Positions 13,637 through 26,110 of a DNA stretch of 64,000 nt are shown here, piece after piece; the stretch's first letter is position 1, and each line of letters starts with the position of its first letter. The DNA comes from Tubiluchus corallicola (lineage: Eukaryota; Animalia; Priapulida). A program made the position numbers and the translations under genes. The notes below the pieces were generated by a model. It did not search any database. It worked only from the letters and a program-made list of their open reading frames with translations, and had not been told where the DNA came from. The stretch covers positions 186,001-250,000 of the forward strand of contig JAQGDQ010000161.1 in NCBI GenBank assembly GCA_030141605.1. Direction: 5' to 3'.

Positions 13637-15003
13637 TGTTGCACTGACTAATTCTTGGTAGTTTATCAAGATGATAAATCAAAACACAATATTAATCGTG
13701 AAATAGTTGTACAAATTTTTTTCATTTTCTTTCCTTTTAAGTTGTTTTATTCAATATTGCAAGAACTGTTGTAAAATTTTTCTGTAATAATTATCGTATT
13801 TTTGAAACTAAATAGAAATAAAAATTATGATAGTATTAGAAGTATTTAGGTATGTTTATTTTGTTGTATAATATTTATTCACATTAAATGAGAACTAATG
13901 GTTTCTTTGTTTTATCTCTACATATAACATAAAAAATTATTTTGACTATGGTATTCAGTGCCGCATAGCACTATGACAAAAATAACTTCAGCAGTAAGTA
14001 TTGTACGGTAACATAATGCTATGATGTTACAAACTCACAATTAGGTAAAAGTTAATTTTGATACCAAACAGGAAATATGAAAAAGATAAAATGCAACCAG
14101 GGATCTGCTTGCATTCCAGTTGCCTTAGACTGCTAGGCCACTGCATCCCTCAGCAGTCCAAAATTCAGCCTTTGCAGGAAATTTTCACAAATGTTTATTT
14201 TATTATTCTCTTAATGTCCAGGTTATTAATATTACTGATGTCACCACCAACAATTAGGTAAATTTTAATGTGTAAAGAAATTGGGATGTAACCTAGAGTT
14301 GGAACAGCAATTCTGTTGACATCGCAGATGCTTTGATCATTCACTAAGCCACCACAGTCAACAAAGTGAGCGATCTAACTTTAGAAGTGCCTTTGGAGAT
14401 GGTTGGCAATCTACAAAGGATGCGCTTTGGGTTGCCTTGACCACTAAAAAAGGGACAAAAAGTTGACGTGTGAGGCAATGGATATGCTAACTTATTAACT
14501 TGGAAATTCCATAGTTTAATTGCCGGAAATCCAGATTTACTTTGTCGACTATAATTCTTAAATTTGTTTATTGGTGTGTAAGGTAACTATACTTTATAAT
14601 AGGAAGATTATTATAATCTTGTATTACTATCTACATGCGTGTTTTAGTATTTTTGTATGAACTACGAAAATGCCCTGGAGGCTGGGTGTCGAATTAACTT
14701 GCGCTTCGGAGTCGTAGGGAATTGCGATAATAAGAATCAGCAATTTTTCTAAAAGCACGGCATACGAAGTTTGGCTCTTTTGCAGCGATTGTGAAATTGC
14801 GACGTAATTTTCTGATTTGTCGTGGTCGTTTTTCATTTTAATTTTTCACAATTTTGTGATTCTTTGTCTTCAAAATTTAACACAATTTATTGGTAAAGTT
14901 GTAGACGTTTGTCACTACAACATTTTACCGCGGTGAAAGACAGAGAGTAATAGCGAAACACACCAGCGAGTTGAGAAAGTTTGGAATAGTTTGGATAAAA
15001 TTA

Positions 15004-15303
15004 ATGACTTTTCCCGTGCTAAGTAGTTGCGTTAGTGGAGCTGCGACACATTTTGATAGTGCAACAAACAAGCTCTATTGCAATCCACATTTGTTTATGA
15101 AGTTCCCGAAGCATCGAAATTATTGGCGTAACAAGAAGAGCACATCTGCATGTCAACATATGCTAAGCAGGAATCTACATCGGAAATTACTACCTTGTAG
15201 GACCTTTTTGTTGTTGAAAGAGCTAAATCTAAGAAAATGGCTGTCAACGTCAATAGAGGAGTTACAGATCAATTCTATCGTTATAAGATGCCTAAACTCA
15301 TAG
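15004..15303 (+). promoter_or_regulatory. Overlapping upstream ORF in the EIF5 leader with poor-context AUGs
   Basis: ATGs at 15004, 15097 and 15160 share a frame that stops at TAG 15301-15303, past the main ATG. The ATG at 15150 opens a short uORF ending at 15200. All four have a pyrimidine at -3 and no G at +4. Confidence 0.65.
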
Positions 15304-16559
15304 CGAAGGTTGAGGGAAAGGGTAATGGAATTAAAACCGTCATAGTTAACATGCCGGAAGTTGCAAAAGCTCTGTCTAGGCCACCAGCTTATCCAACAAA
15401 GTTTTTTGGTTGTGAGCTTGGTGCGCAAACGACGATGGATTTAAAGAATGACCGCTTTATAGTAAATGGAGCTCACGATGCTGCACGTCTGCAGGATATG
15501 CTGGATACCTTTATCAAGAAATTTGTTCTTTGTCCTCAATGTGACAACCCTGAAACCGAATTGCAAGTCAGTCAGAAAAAGCAGTTAATCCACCAAAGAT
15601 GTGTTGCTTGTGGTTACCAAGGCCCAATTGATATGCGTCATAAACTTACAACCTACATTTTGAAGAATCCCCCTAACATTTCTGGATACACCGACTCTAA
15701 CACACCAAGCAAGAAAGACAAGAGAGGTTCTCGCAAAACGAAGGCAAATGTGGAGGAAAATGGAAAGGAGCCAGAAGATGTAAGTCCGACAAATAGCCCT
15801 CCTGAAACACCTGTTGATGAGCGAGACAATAATTGGATAGATGATTGGGGTGACGATGTTAGTCGGGATGCAATTGAAAAGCGGATGGAATCTTTAAGTT
15901 CTGGTGCAAAAGGCCTAACACTCAATGATGAATTGGAAAAAACAACAAACCAGCGTTTAGAAATATTGTTTGAGTTTGTTAAGGAGAAAAAGGCTGCCGG
16001 ACTACCTGACGGAGCAGATAAGGAAATACTAGCAGAAGCGGAACGTCTGGAAGTGAAGGACAAAGGTACCCTTGTATTGGCAGAACTCTTTTTTAATGCA
16101 GACATGTTGAAACAAATCATAACCTTCAGAAAGTACTTCCTTAGATTTACCCACCAAAACAAAAAAGCCCAGAAATACCTGTTGGGTGGATTCGAATTGC
16201 TTGTTAACAAATATAAAGATGTCCTCTTGCCCAAAACAGCTCACATTCTGAAAGCCTTCTATGATGCTGATATCGTTGAAGAAGACGTCATTCTCGATTG
16301 GGCAAAGAAACCTGTTAAGAAATATGTTTCCAAGGAGATGGTTCAGCAGATTCATACTAAAGCAGCACCTTTTGTTAACTGGCTAAAAGAAGCGGATGAA
16401 GAAAGCAGCGAGGAAAGTGAAGAAGAAGAAGTTGGTATTGTCTATGATAGCAAGGCAAAAGACAAATTATCTGTTGAAGTTGTTAAGCCAGCAAAGCTTC
16501 CAGAAAGCAATGATAGTGCTGAGGATGAGGAAGACGACCTTGACATTGATGACATTTAA
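15237..16559 (+). CDS. EIF5: Eukaryotic translation initiation factor 5, single-exon CDS, 440 aa
   Basis: DQFYRYKMP (GAP Arg15), KVEGKGNGIKT, zinc ribbon CPQC...CVAC and W2-domain FVNWLKEADEES. Strong start context AAAATGG. Confidence 0.97.
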   Translation: MAVNVNRGVTDQFYRYKMPKLIAKVEGKGNGIKTVIVNMPEVAKALSRPPAYPTKFFGCELGAQTTMDLKNDRFIVNGAHDAARLQDMLDTFIKKFVLCPQCDNPETELQVSQKKQLIHQRCVACGYQGPIDMRHKLTTYILKNPPNISGYTDSNTPSKKDKRGSRKTKANVEENGKEPEDVSPTNSPPETPVDERDNNWIDDWGDDVSRDAIEKRMESLSSGAKGLTLNDELEKTTNQRLEILFEFVKEKKAAGLPDGADKEILAEAERLEVKDKGTLVLAELFFNADMLKQIITFRKYFLRFTHQNKKAQKYLLGGFELLVNKYKDVLLPKTAHILKAFYDADIVEEDVILDWAKKPVKKYVSKEMVQQIHTKAAPFVNWLKEADEESSEESEEEEVGIVYDSKAKDKLSVEVVKPAKLPESNDSAEDEEDDLDIDDI

Positions 16560-19500
16560 CTCATTATAAAGCGTGAAATATAATATGGTGTTATTTGTGG
16601 GTAAATTTAAATCTATAAGCTTCTATTTGTGTAGATAATTGTTATTTGGAGTGTGCCATCTGATTTATTTTTAAATGGCTTAGTTGAGTGCAGTATTTTA
16701 CATCACTTCTAGTAGACTTTTTTGATTATCTCTCACAAGATTTCATATTAAATTAGATTTTTTTGCTGAAAGATTGTGTTTAAACATTGGGTTGTTTTTT
16801 AGCTTGTATACTTCATTCTCTTGTCTTTGACCTGCATCATATATATAATATGTATGTATGTTATCAATAACTATTCGTTTGGCAAAGCAATTTCTGTTGT
16901 TTTTAGCTTTTTTGTTTGAATATTTAAAATTTACTAGTAAAATGTAGTAGACAACTAAAAAAAACCATACATCACCTGCTAGCATTTAATCACTAAAAAT
17001 AATAAAACAAGAAGATTTCGTTGGCACAAAAAGTTCATTTGGCTTTGCTTAACAATGAACAATTATGTCATGCAAATTAGAATAATTTTGTGGTAACTAA
17101 GCCACCAAGATGACATTAGCAATGTTATAGCTATTGTCTAATTAACAAGTACATGTATTAAAGAGCCAGCCAGCATTTGCATAATATATTTTGTATGTAG
17201 CTAAACGATAACGACTTACTTAATTTGTATTACTGAGGACCAAACAAATTGCTACAAATTCCACGTTATGTGACTACATGTATTTTGTATGCATAGAAAC
17301 TCGATGTGACTGGAGTTCTATTAAGAGTAAACTCAGTTCATCAGAGTTGGCAGTACAATAGTTTCCAGTTTGCTTATATCACTTGCAGTTGCCATTAAAT
17401 TTTTAACAATAAAGGCATTGAAAGTTATGAATTTTCAGCTCAAACGAAAAAGATATTAAATTTTAACCACAAAACAATATAGGGTGCAATGTTTTAAGTA
17501 AAACATAAAGACCAATATAAGTAGAACTTTATAAAGAAAGCTTTAGGTTTAGCTTAATAAGTGGCACAGTTTACAATTTTGCTTGTAATGAATGTATAAA
17601 TGGAATACGTGTTTCAAATCTTACACTGGTATGGGAACTCCTGATAATACTCGTGCATCATCATCATGTGCTCGTTAGGTCAATTGTAGACTTTGGGCAG
17701 GCAAAATTCTAAAATAAAAGAAATCTGCCCTCTGGACAGGTAAACATGGCAGTTCAGCAAAAAACTAGACACTGCTATGCCAGTGACTTGTCAGCACAAT
17801 TTTTTCCGTATGCTCGTGCATACAGTCATGTAAATTTAACTTTGTTTTATCCAGAACAAGATAGTGGCACCATCTATCGTCGGAAAACTGCAACGCATTT
17901 GTATGGCTGAGTGACTTATTGTACATTGGTGCATTATAATTATTGGACATAAGTTTTTCACATTACAAATCTGATACAATTAGTCTGTTGTTGCTGTCAT
18001 ACTGACAAACATGTAACATCAAACGTTTTTATAGAGGTTGGAGAAGCAGATTACTGAGACTATAAAATTAAAGTCCTACTACATCATGCATCAATTAGCA
18101 AAAATCCGACAAAAACGTTTAGCACATAATCGGGTGGATTTTTATGAAATTATTGTGACAACCAATAATACGTGAATATTCCCAGTATCACAATTACTTT
18201 GTTTTACCTATTATTAACGATTGTAATTATAGATTACTAATGCTTTACCTATGCAAATGTTATTTGCTCTAGACTTACTTGCTGCATAATGGCAATTCAA
18301 AAAGTTCTTTAATGAGTGTGGAACAATGGAACTACATTGTTTGTTATTAATTTTTTAAAAGTGACCCACCACTTTACTTCATACATTCAGTTCAGTTCTA
18401 CAGCACACCATTTCGACATGCAAGCTGGAACACAACACTCAACAATAGGACCTACGTATGTTGATGTTTGTGGGGAGACCAGAACCTCGCTTATAATCAA
18501 GGCTACATAAGATTAGCTAATGACTCGGCAGAAGTATTTTGCCACGTTCTCATGGTGCAAAGTTGTCACAAACCAGCATTGGCGTTGCTTAACTTTGGTT
18601 GCAAAGTATATCCGTAACCAGTCGGTCATTCGCCTCTGCTTGTACTACATTCTTTTTCCAAAAAGTATGGAACTACACGAAGTTCAAGACCACGTATAAA
18701 TCACCACGTACTGACTGGTGGTTGGTTGCAAATACGTCTTAGTCTCACAATAGTAGTAACGCAGAGTGCGCTAGGTTTTTGTAGTATTTTTATAGAATTA
18801 GACATATTTTACACAACTGACCGGGTAATAACGATTGAAAAAAGACCTACACTTTCTATTCTTATATCACAAAACAGAGCCAGTTGAAAATTGCATGAAT
18901 AAATATCAAAAATTACTGTAGTGACTAAATCAAATAACAATCTGTAAAAAAATAGCACTTAACTCTACTTAAGGTTTATTTCAGGTGAAATGTAGAATCC
19001 TAATGAGTCTTTTCAGCATTTAGTCACAAAAATATAATTTCTGAGACAATGGAAACACTTTACATTTTTTACTGTTTGATTCTGAACCTGGCCCACTTTT
19101 CTGTCTTCTGCTGATAATACTTTCATCCCTGCAATTAATGTACTATTATTGTATTCGAATTAATTTTGTTGAAAGACGAAACCTTTATTAGTCTTTTTTA
19201 TCTTCATCCGATTTATAATAATATGTATTTCTTTTAACATTAACCAGAAGTCCTTTATTTTGGTCACTTTATTAAAATGAACAACAATTATTTCCTAGGC
19301 AAGGTAGATTTGTTGCCATAACTATTTGTCTGTACGCGTACAAAATAACAAAAAAAATTAAAATTATTAATTGCATGTAAACTTTACATAAATTTAGCTA
19401 GCAAGTGTATACCGATTAACTAAAAATGTACGTCGTAGCAATTTAACTAGTACGTTTAATAGGCTTCGTTAATAAGACTATTGACCGATTTAAAGGCTTC

Positions 19501-20210
19501 ATACCTTTCAGTCACATTATGGTTCTGATTTTAAACTGTCACCATATGCCAGGCCGGGGACTCGACAATGCAAATGGCAGATCAGTATTATTATTTGATA
19601 ATAATTCATTATTTATGTAGTTAAAAGTATTTCACTGTCCAGGCAGTGTCAAGTCTGCAATTACAGATTTCATGACAAAGATTGAGATTTTCAAATCCTT
19701 TAGTTTAAGCTATTCACAATTTTTTTCAATAAATCTATACAGTCGCTAGATATGAATTAAAACAACAGACAAAATCATGTTATAACAGCTATGTTCCTTG
19801 CCAAATTCGTTGAGAATTATTAATATTTAGTTTTGTAGTATTAGAAAGCTGTAAAGTATTTTAATTAAAATTATCAGTGTCTATCAAAGACATATATAGA
19901 TATTTTCGTTGAAATATACAAAAATTCAAACTTTAGTGCTAAAGTAGTATTCTGTAATAACAGTATATCAATTAACGGTATCATTAAAGATTGTACATAA
20001 ATGTAATGCGTTAACTTTGTGCCTATGTGGACACTTTAACAGAACGATAAATTTACTTTAACTCTGACTGAAAATTTCTGTCATTGCTATCAAGCACATC
20101 GTGCTCTTGTCATTTGTCTTTACTTTCTAAAAGTTAAATTTCCTTCCCATAATAAGGAAACGGAGTTCACCTTGCAAATATTATAATTCAACAGAAAACC
20201 GCGTGTTTCA

Positions 20211-20843
20211 CTACATCACCAAACACTTTCCCTTCAACATTTCTTTCCTCTTTTGAGAGCGCGATTTCTTCGTTTCCAATTGTAAACTCATAGTTCGCCG
20301 CTTTTCTAACTGTAACAGTTCTTGGAAAAGTTCTTTCACGTTATGATTTGTCTTGGCAGAGGTCTCCATGAACCCACAGTTCCAAGATTTGGCCAGTGTG
20401 ATACCATCCTGTACCGAGACCTCCCTCGCCGTTTCGTCACACTTGTTCGCGACCAACATGACCGGAATCCCGTCCGTGTCCGGACCTTTAATGTCTCGTA
20501 TCTCGTCCCATATTGGTTTCAGTTCTTCCATCGATTGTTTACTCGTAATGGCGTAAACTAGTATGAAAGCATGACCTTTAGATATGCTTAGTCGCTGCAT
20601 GGCTGGAAATTGATGACTACCGGTAGTGTCCGTTATTTGTAGTGTACAAATGTTTTTGTTACAACTAATCACCTGCCTATACGTGTCCTCAATTGTGGGA
20701 ATGTAATTCTCGCGAAAAGTGCCCCGCACGAATCGTAAAACAAGGGAGGATTTTCCTACCCCACCCGCGCCAAACACAACTACTCGATAATCGTTGCTTT
20801 GTTCTGGCATTACTCTTAGTCGTATACTTCTATCTTTCTGAAT
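20211..20843 (-). CDS. DIRAS2: Di-Ras family small GTPase, main coding exon (conserved Met at 20810; frame open back to the acceptor)
   Basis: [43 protein letters not shown] and CAAX CLVM. Acceptor TTTTGTTTCAG (AG at 20845-20844) is followed by in-frame [11 protein letters not shown]. Confidence 0.93.
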   Translation of the reverse strand: MQKDRSIRLRVMPEQSNDYRVVVFGAGGVGKSSLVLRFVRGTFRENYIPTIEDTYRQVISCNKNICTLQITDTTGSHQFPAMQRLSISKGHAFILVYAITSKQSMEELKPIWDEIRDIKGPDTDGIPVMLVANKCDETAREVSVQDGITLAKSWNCGFMETSAKTNHNVKELFQELLQLEKRRTMSLQLETKKSRSQKRKEMLKGKCLVM

Positions 20844-22115
20844 CTGAAACAAAATAAACAACAACGTGTTAGTAAACAAAACCTTCTAAAAATAAAAAGT
20901 ATTTCAGCTAGCTGAATTAGTTTCAGAGTAGAAATGAATTTGGGATAATTTAGGAAACAGTATCGGTCTTCTGAAATTTCTATCGTAAAGCAGCCTCCCA
21001 AAGGTGCTACGTTAAACTAATAAAAGCCAAATAACATTAATAAAAAAGGTGCACTTTATGTATGCTGGCACATGTGAGTAACGCAGAAAATTTCATTGGC
21101 TAAAATGACTTCTGCAAAATTTCGAATCAATTGCATTGGGCGTTGAAACAGTAAGGCATGATTAACCAAAAAAAAACTTCCTGTTAACCAACGTTTATGT
21201 ATAATAATGTTGTATAAAATCAGCCATTGAAGACGAGCAACATTTCTTAATTAATTGTGGAAAATATAAAATGGACAGGGAAGAATCTTTCACTAATATT
21301 GCAAGTTATGTCCTAACTTTACAACGATGAGGAATGACGAAAAACATTTGTTTTTCAGGAAGCAACGACTAAGAACTATTAATAATTGTTTGTAATTAAA
21401 GAAATTATACAATTTAATACTCATACAATTTGAAAGTTAATTTTGTTATAAATTTTAGAGTGCTATTTATGCATGTAAAGTTGAGTTGATGATATACATC
21501 AGGATTTGATGATGTTTGTATGTAATAAATGTGTGCTCTTGTAAATACGTTTCAGCTACTGTTTCCAAATTAAGTACAGCAAGCTGCGTTGATATTAAAT
21601 TGTCTGATTTTTCGTCCCATATGTTTGGGCTTGCAATATAGAAAATGCCATAAGTCAACGCAGGCACACTATAATGAATCAACGAACAAGAAGATTATTT
21701 TAGCCAATAAACATTTCTCTCTCGCGCTTGAAAGCTATACGCAATTTCTAAATACCCAGGAGTAAACTATAATTAAATAGTCTGTAGCGGCGTTCCCCAA
21801 AGAAATTGCACAAGGTTGAGTGGCTGCTGTAATGCAATGATGACTGACTATGTGCAGTTATGAAGAAAAATTAAATTTTACAAATTATAATACGGGTTAT
21901 GTACTAAAGCTATTCCAAGTGGAGACATTTTTATTGTTAACATTTTAACTATGCACAAAGTGATACAAAATGTTATCGCTTAATTAACGGTACTTTTACT
22001 GTACCAAGATAGCCAGTATGGAAAATGAGGGCAAATTAAAAGACAAACCAAGAAAATTTTCAGGGAATGAAATGAAGTAGAAGAGAGTTCTTCTTACTAC
22101 TATGAAAAGTTCTTA

Positions 22116-22315
22116 AGTGGTGTTTATATAGCATCCGGCATGCGCATGCGTTATGGGGATGCGGAATAGAGAAAATCTGTTTATACCGCTTTCGATGCAC
22201 CGTTATCTGACCTGCGTTATGCGTTACTTTTTCTGCAGCGATTTTCTATTGACTGTTTTCGGCAGGTGGATAAAATGTATAACGCATTCGCATTTCGGAT
22301 GCTACATAAACTCGT
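22116..22315. mobile_element. MITE with ~35-bp terminal inverted repeats (Harbinger/Tourist-like)
   Basis: GTGTTTATATAGCATCCGGCATGCGCATGCGTTAT (22120-22154) matches the reverse complement of ATAACGCATTCGCATTTCGGATGCTACATAAACTC (22279-22313). TTAA/TAA lies on both flanks. Confidence 0.65.
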
Positions 22316-22369
22316 TAAAAAAGTCTTTCAAGTTACAACGCTCTAATGAGCGGTTCACATTAGATCAAA

Positions 22370-22696
22370 GAGTGGTTTCCAACCTTTTTTGACCCGTTCC
22401 CCCCTTTTGAAGGCTGCTGATTCTCTTCCCCCCCCCCAACCCACAAACAAAACGAAAAATGCATTTTTTTAATTTAATTTTTTTTAATTTAATTTTTTTA
22501 ATTTCAACATTTTTTTATTCATGAATAATAATACAATCTGTGGTCACCACATTCAATGTGACTTTTGCTCCTTTTGAGAGGACACGATTTTCTTGATGTC
22601 GGGGGTTGTGACTGAGAGTGCCACTCTGAAATCATTGCTCATATCTAATCGGTTGTGTGCTTTCGTTTTCACTATTGCCATGCTAGTAAAGGCTGT
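22370..22696 (-). mobile_element. 3' end of a hAT Charlie/Buster-type transposon
   Basis: The minus strand encodes AFTSMAIVKTKAHNRLDMSNDFRVALSVTTPDIKKIVSSQKEQKSH*, the Charlie/Buster transposase C-terminus (stop 22555-22553). A TIR-like AGTGGTTTCCAACCTTTTT starts at 22371. Confidence 0.8.
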
Positions 22697-22807
22697 CATT
22701 TAATACCAAATTTAACGTTTTGACACAAAGAAATTACTACAGTCATACGTCACTTCACTGTGTGTGATAATCAATGCAGGTGATCATTACCAAGAAGAAA
22801 CCATATT

Positions 22808-23086
22808 ATGTATTATCATATTGAATCTTTTACCCATTATTTGTTTGAATGTCCTCTATATGTTCTAAGTAGAAAACAACTTATTCTGAAGTTATACTTA
22901 ATTGTAATACTTAAGTCCAATTTGTACTTAGACAATATTATTCCATTTAACATTATTCTCTTAGATACTGAATCTCCAATTAGCATACTCTTAAATGGTA
23001 GTATCCTTCTAAACAATGACCAAAATATAGTTATATTTGATATTGTTCAAACATGTATAAAATGCTCGACTCGCTTATTAGTGTAA
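22808..23086 (+). mobile_element. Non-LTR retrotransposon ORF2 C-terminal fragment (CR1-group-like)
   Basis: ESFTHYLFECPLY...R...LLNGS...NIVIFDIVQTCIKCSTR matches the usual post-RT H..L.CP.Y...R tail. Confidence 0.6.
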
Positions 23087-24029
23087 TATTTTCACTAATG
23101 TATGTATTTCATTGCATATTAGATCGTAACCTATTTCATCTTCAACAGCTACATTACCTGTAAATCATTTCTTCTTCCTGGGGCCTCTTTAGCAGTGGTA
23201 ACTGTGGCTACTTGTTTATTTGTCTCTTTAACAGTAATAAAAGTACGGCTATAAAAAAGAAAAGAAGCCATCTCAAATCCGTCAGATGTACGTACGAATC
23301 TCAAAATAGTTTCTCCACGTTTAAGTGTACTTCCCTTATAGTCATAAACTGCATTCATAAAGAAATTGCGATAGACAAGAAGGCCATTGTCCGTATAAAC
23401 AATGATGTGAAAATTACAGTCAGCATAGATCCTGATCTCAATTCAGGCAAGATATTCTATCTTTAAAAAACTGAATAAAAGAGCGACTAAAAATCTGATT
23501 GAATAAATAGCAAATGTGTCACGAATGATAAAAAACTTGCCGAATTAGCACTTATTTTTAGATTGTGTGTCAAAAAGAACAAGAAGATTTTGAAGAACGC
23601 CTATGCGGATTTAGAAATTTGTTTTTTGTTTACATCATTTTCAGGCCCATTTACGACATCAGCTCTTAAAATATAGCGAAGAAACGTAAAAATTTCGCAG
23701 ACGCATAATGTAGACTGCTCTTAGCACTCTAGAAAACAGCCTACATTCCTCTCAAGCCTCAACAGCTTTCTAAACACATTCTACTTATTAAACTAAGGCA
23801 CTCGACAGGCTTCGAGTGACGTCTCACATATGGCAATGACGTAATCAAGACGTGGTTAATTTGATAAAACTGCTTACTTAAAAGAGCTTTTTTCTCATCC
23901 GAGTTATGTTTTCTGGCTTCTTCAATATAAGCTTAGTTAAGTGTAACTCTGTAAGCCAGTGCGTGGAGGTGTAACTAAAGATAGGTAACACTAGATAGTT
24001 AAAAGTAACCCAGCACTGGCTTCCTATGG

Positions 24030-24340
24030 TAGCAACAGCACCAACAGCAATACCAGCAGCATTAGCGGCAATGACAAACGGCAAAAGTAGCAATAAGAAC
24101 GACAACAGTGACAATGACAGCAACAGCAACAGCAGCAACCACAACAGGAGGAACAACAGCAAAAACAACAACAGAGACGCAACAAATAACAGCATAACTA
24201 TCATGATCATCATCAGCGGCGGTGGTGGCGACGACGACGGCGGCGGCAACAAACAACAACAGCGACAACAGCGACAACAGCGACAACAGCAACAACACCA
24301 GCAACAGCAACAACAACAACAACAACAGCAGCAGCGACGA
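24030..24340. repeat. Degenerate (CAA/CAG)n trinucleotide tract
   Basis: Mixed CAA, CAG, GAC and GGC triplets. Confidence 0.9.
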
Positions 24341-26102
24341 TTACGGCAATAGTACAGCTTGTTAGTGGTACTTTTATTCGTTTATAAATGTTATTTTGTT
24401 CATGTATTGTGTATGTATCATGCACCAAATAAAATAATAAAAATAATGAAATACCAGCAGCAGCACCAGCGACGCTTCCGAAAAAAGTAGACAATCTTTA
24501 TTGATTAAAAACAACAATAGAGAAACTAATAAAAACTTTTTAGTTTTAGCTGGCACGCCATTTTCGTCGTGTTAAATTTGCCAGATTCAGGGCCCATATC
24601 ATGTTACACAAACTTCATTTATATCATAGCAAGGCACAATCAGACTCGGATGAACATGATATTTTCTCAACTCGCTCATATAGCTTTTTTGCCCTCTATA
24701 GTTCTGTTTGAGAAATCAATGCGCCAACATTGAAGCCCAACATGCAGTGTACAGACACAAATCGAAACTGTTTGTAAAGATGTGTGACCTTTGAGTCAAA
24801 TTACATTTTCACAATGCAGAAATGATAACGCCTGTAATGTAACCGGACGGGTTCCTCATGTATTGAATGCATTTATATTTGCCCGACTGCCTGATCGACT
24901 GTATATTTGCCTGATTGTTAAGTTAAATCTATCAAAATCCTAGCTGCTGTCGCCACTGCTTATTATGTATGATCGCAGTTTCTAAGAATTGTTTGGGAAA
25001 AACAGAAAAAAACATGCCAATATAAGCACAAATAAACGAATCGATTTGATTCACCATACTGATTGTGGTCTGTTTACTTCGTTAACCGGGATGTACGTAT
25101 TCACATTCAATCAGCCCTAGGACATATCTGCTCGATTCAGTGTTTCATTTTAGTGAAACAGCCTTCACAGTGATCCAGATTCCGGTTCCTCCACAATTTA
25201 GATCCACCACCGAGTCCTGGATTTCAGGCTCCAAAGTGTCGAACTTTACGTCGATTCTAATGCGAATTCTATACATTCATTTACAATATCATTTGCAATA
25301 TGAAATGCGACATCACTTTAATTGCTCAATTAACTGGTGCTGTGATTCATTCCTGGCTGAGAAATGTGAAAATGATGATTTTGTCCCCGAAAGTTAACTA
25401 GTGCACAACAACTTCTGGGCTTTTAGAAAAAGAGGTTTGAACTACTTCACGGACTTTGTTACGTGCTGGAAGATGCAATACCTTAACAATGTGCAGTATC
25501 CACGAATGAAAATACGGTGACATGTCAGCTCATATGCGCTGTCTCGGTAACAATTAAGACATTTGTGACAGCTGAAATACAAACGATTTCTCTCGGTCTC
25601 CCAGAGTCCCATAGAGAGTACATTTTTCAATCCGAGGCATCTGGGAGGAGAGGGAGCAAAAAGCTCCCAAAAAATCTGCCGTTTTCGCCCATTTTTTTCA
25701 AACTTTATACAGCTGTGATCTGAAGAATGGTATTGAGAGAGGCAAGGCGCTATATGTCTTTGAAAAAAACCCTTTACAAGTGAATATGGTAGGCAGGCCC
25801 ACGGTGTCTGGCAATCGTCGTTTTCCGGAACCAAACCAAATTACTAACAAATACTAAGGTATCCCATTCTTATCTGTGACGTATCAGTGGAAAAGAGAGC
25901 CATCACAAGGACCACATAAATTTGGTGTGGTCGTCGCATCGGACATGCCAAATTTGGTGTGATCATGGCACAGGACTGGTCAAGCTTGGTGTGATCATAG
26001 CACGGGATTGGTCTATCGATGTGCACAAGGATGGGCAAAGATCTGAACTATATCAATTTATCGTACAGAGTTGCATTAAATAGTTACAATATTTTGACTT
26101 AC

Positions 26103-26110
26103 CATTTTCT
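26103..26110 (-). other. Candidate 8-nt microexon AGAAAATG of Di-Ras
   Basis: Minus strand reads TATTTTCTTACCTAG|AGAAAATG|GTAAGTC. The ATG is in frame with the exon starting at 20843. Confidence 0.4.

Noticed and set aside
14290-14480. Hairpins upstream of EIF5 considered as an H/ACA snoRNA
   Set aside because: One good hairpin (CCTTTGGAGAT...ATCTACAAAGG), but no convincing H box or correctly placed ACA.
15653-16355. 193-aa and 108-aa antisense ORFs inside EIF5
   Set aside because: Shadow frames of a real CDS with no recognisable motifs.
20846-20879. ORF-track start [12 protein letters not shown] for Di-Ras
   Set aside because: Non-ATG start within the intronic pyrimidine tract.
23878-24494. 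Poly-Q/N/L/V ORFs
   Set aside because: Products of the trinucleotide repeat, open in several frames on both strands.
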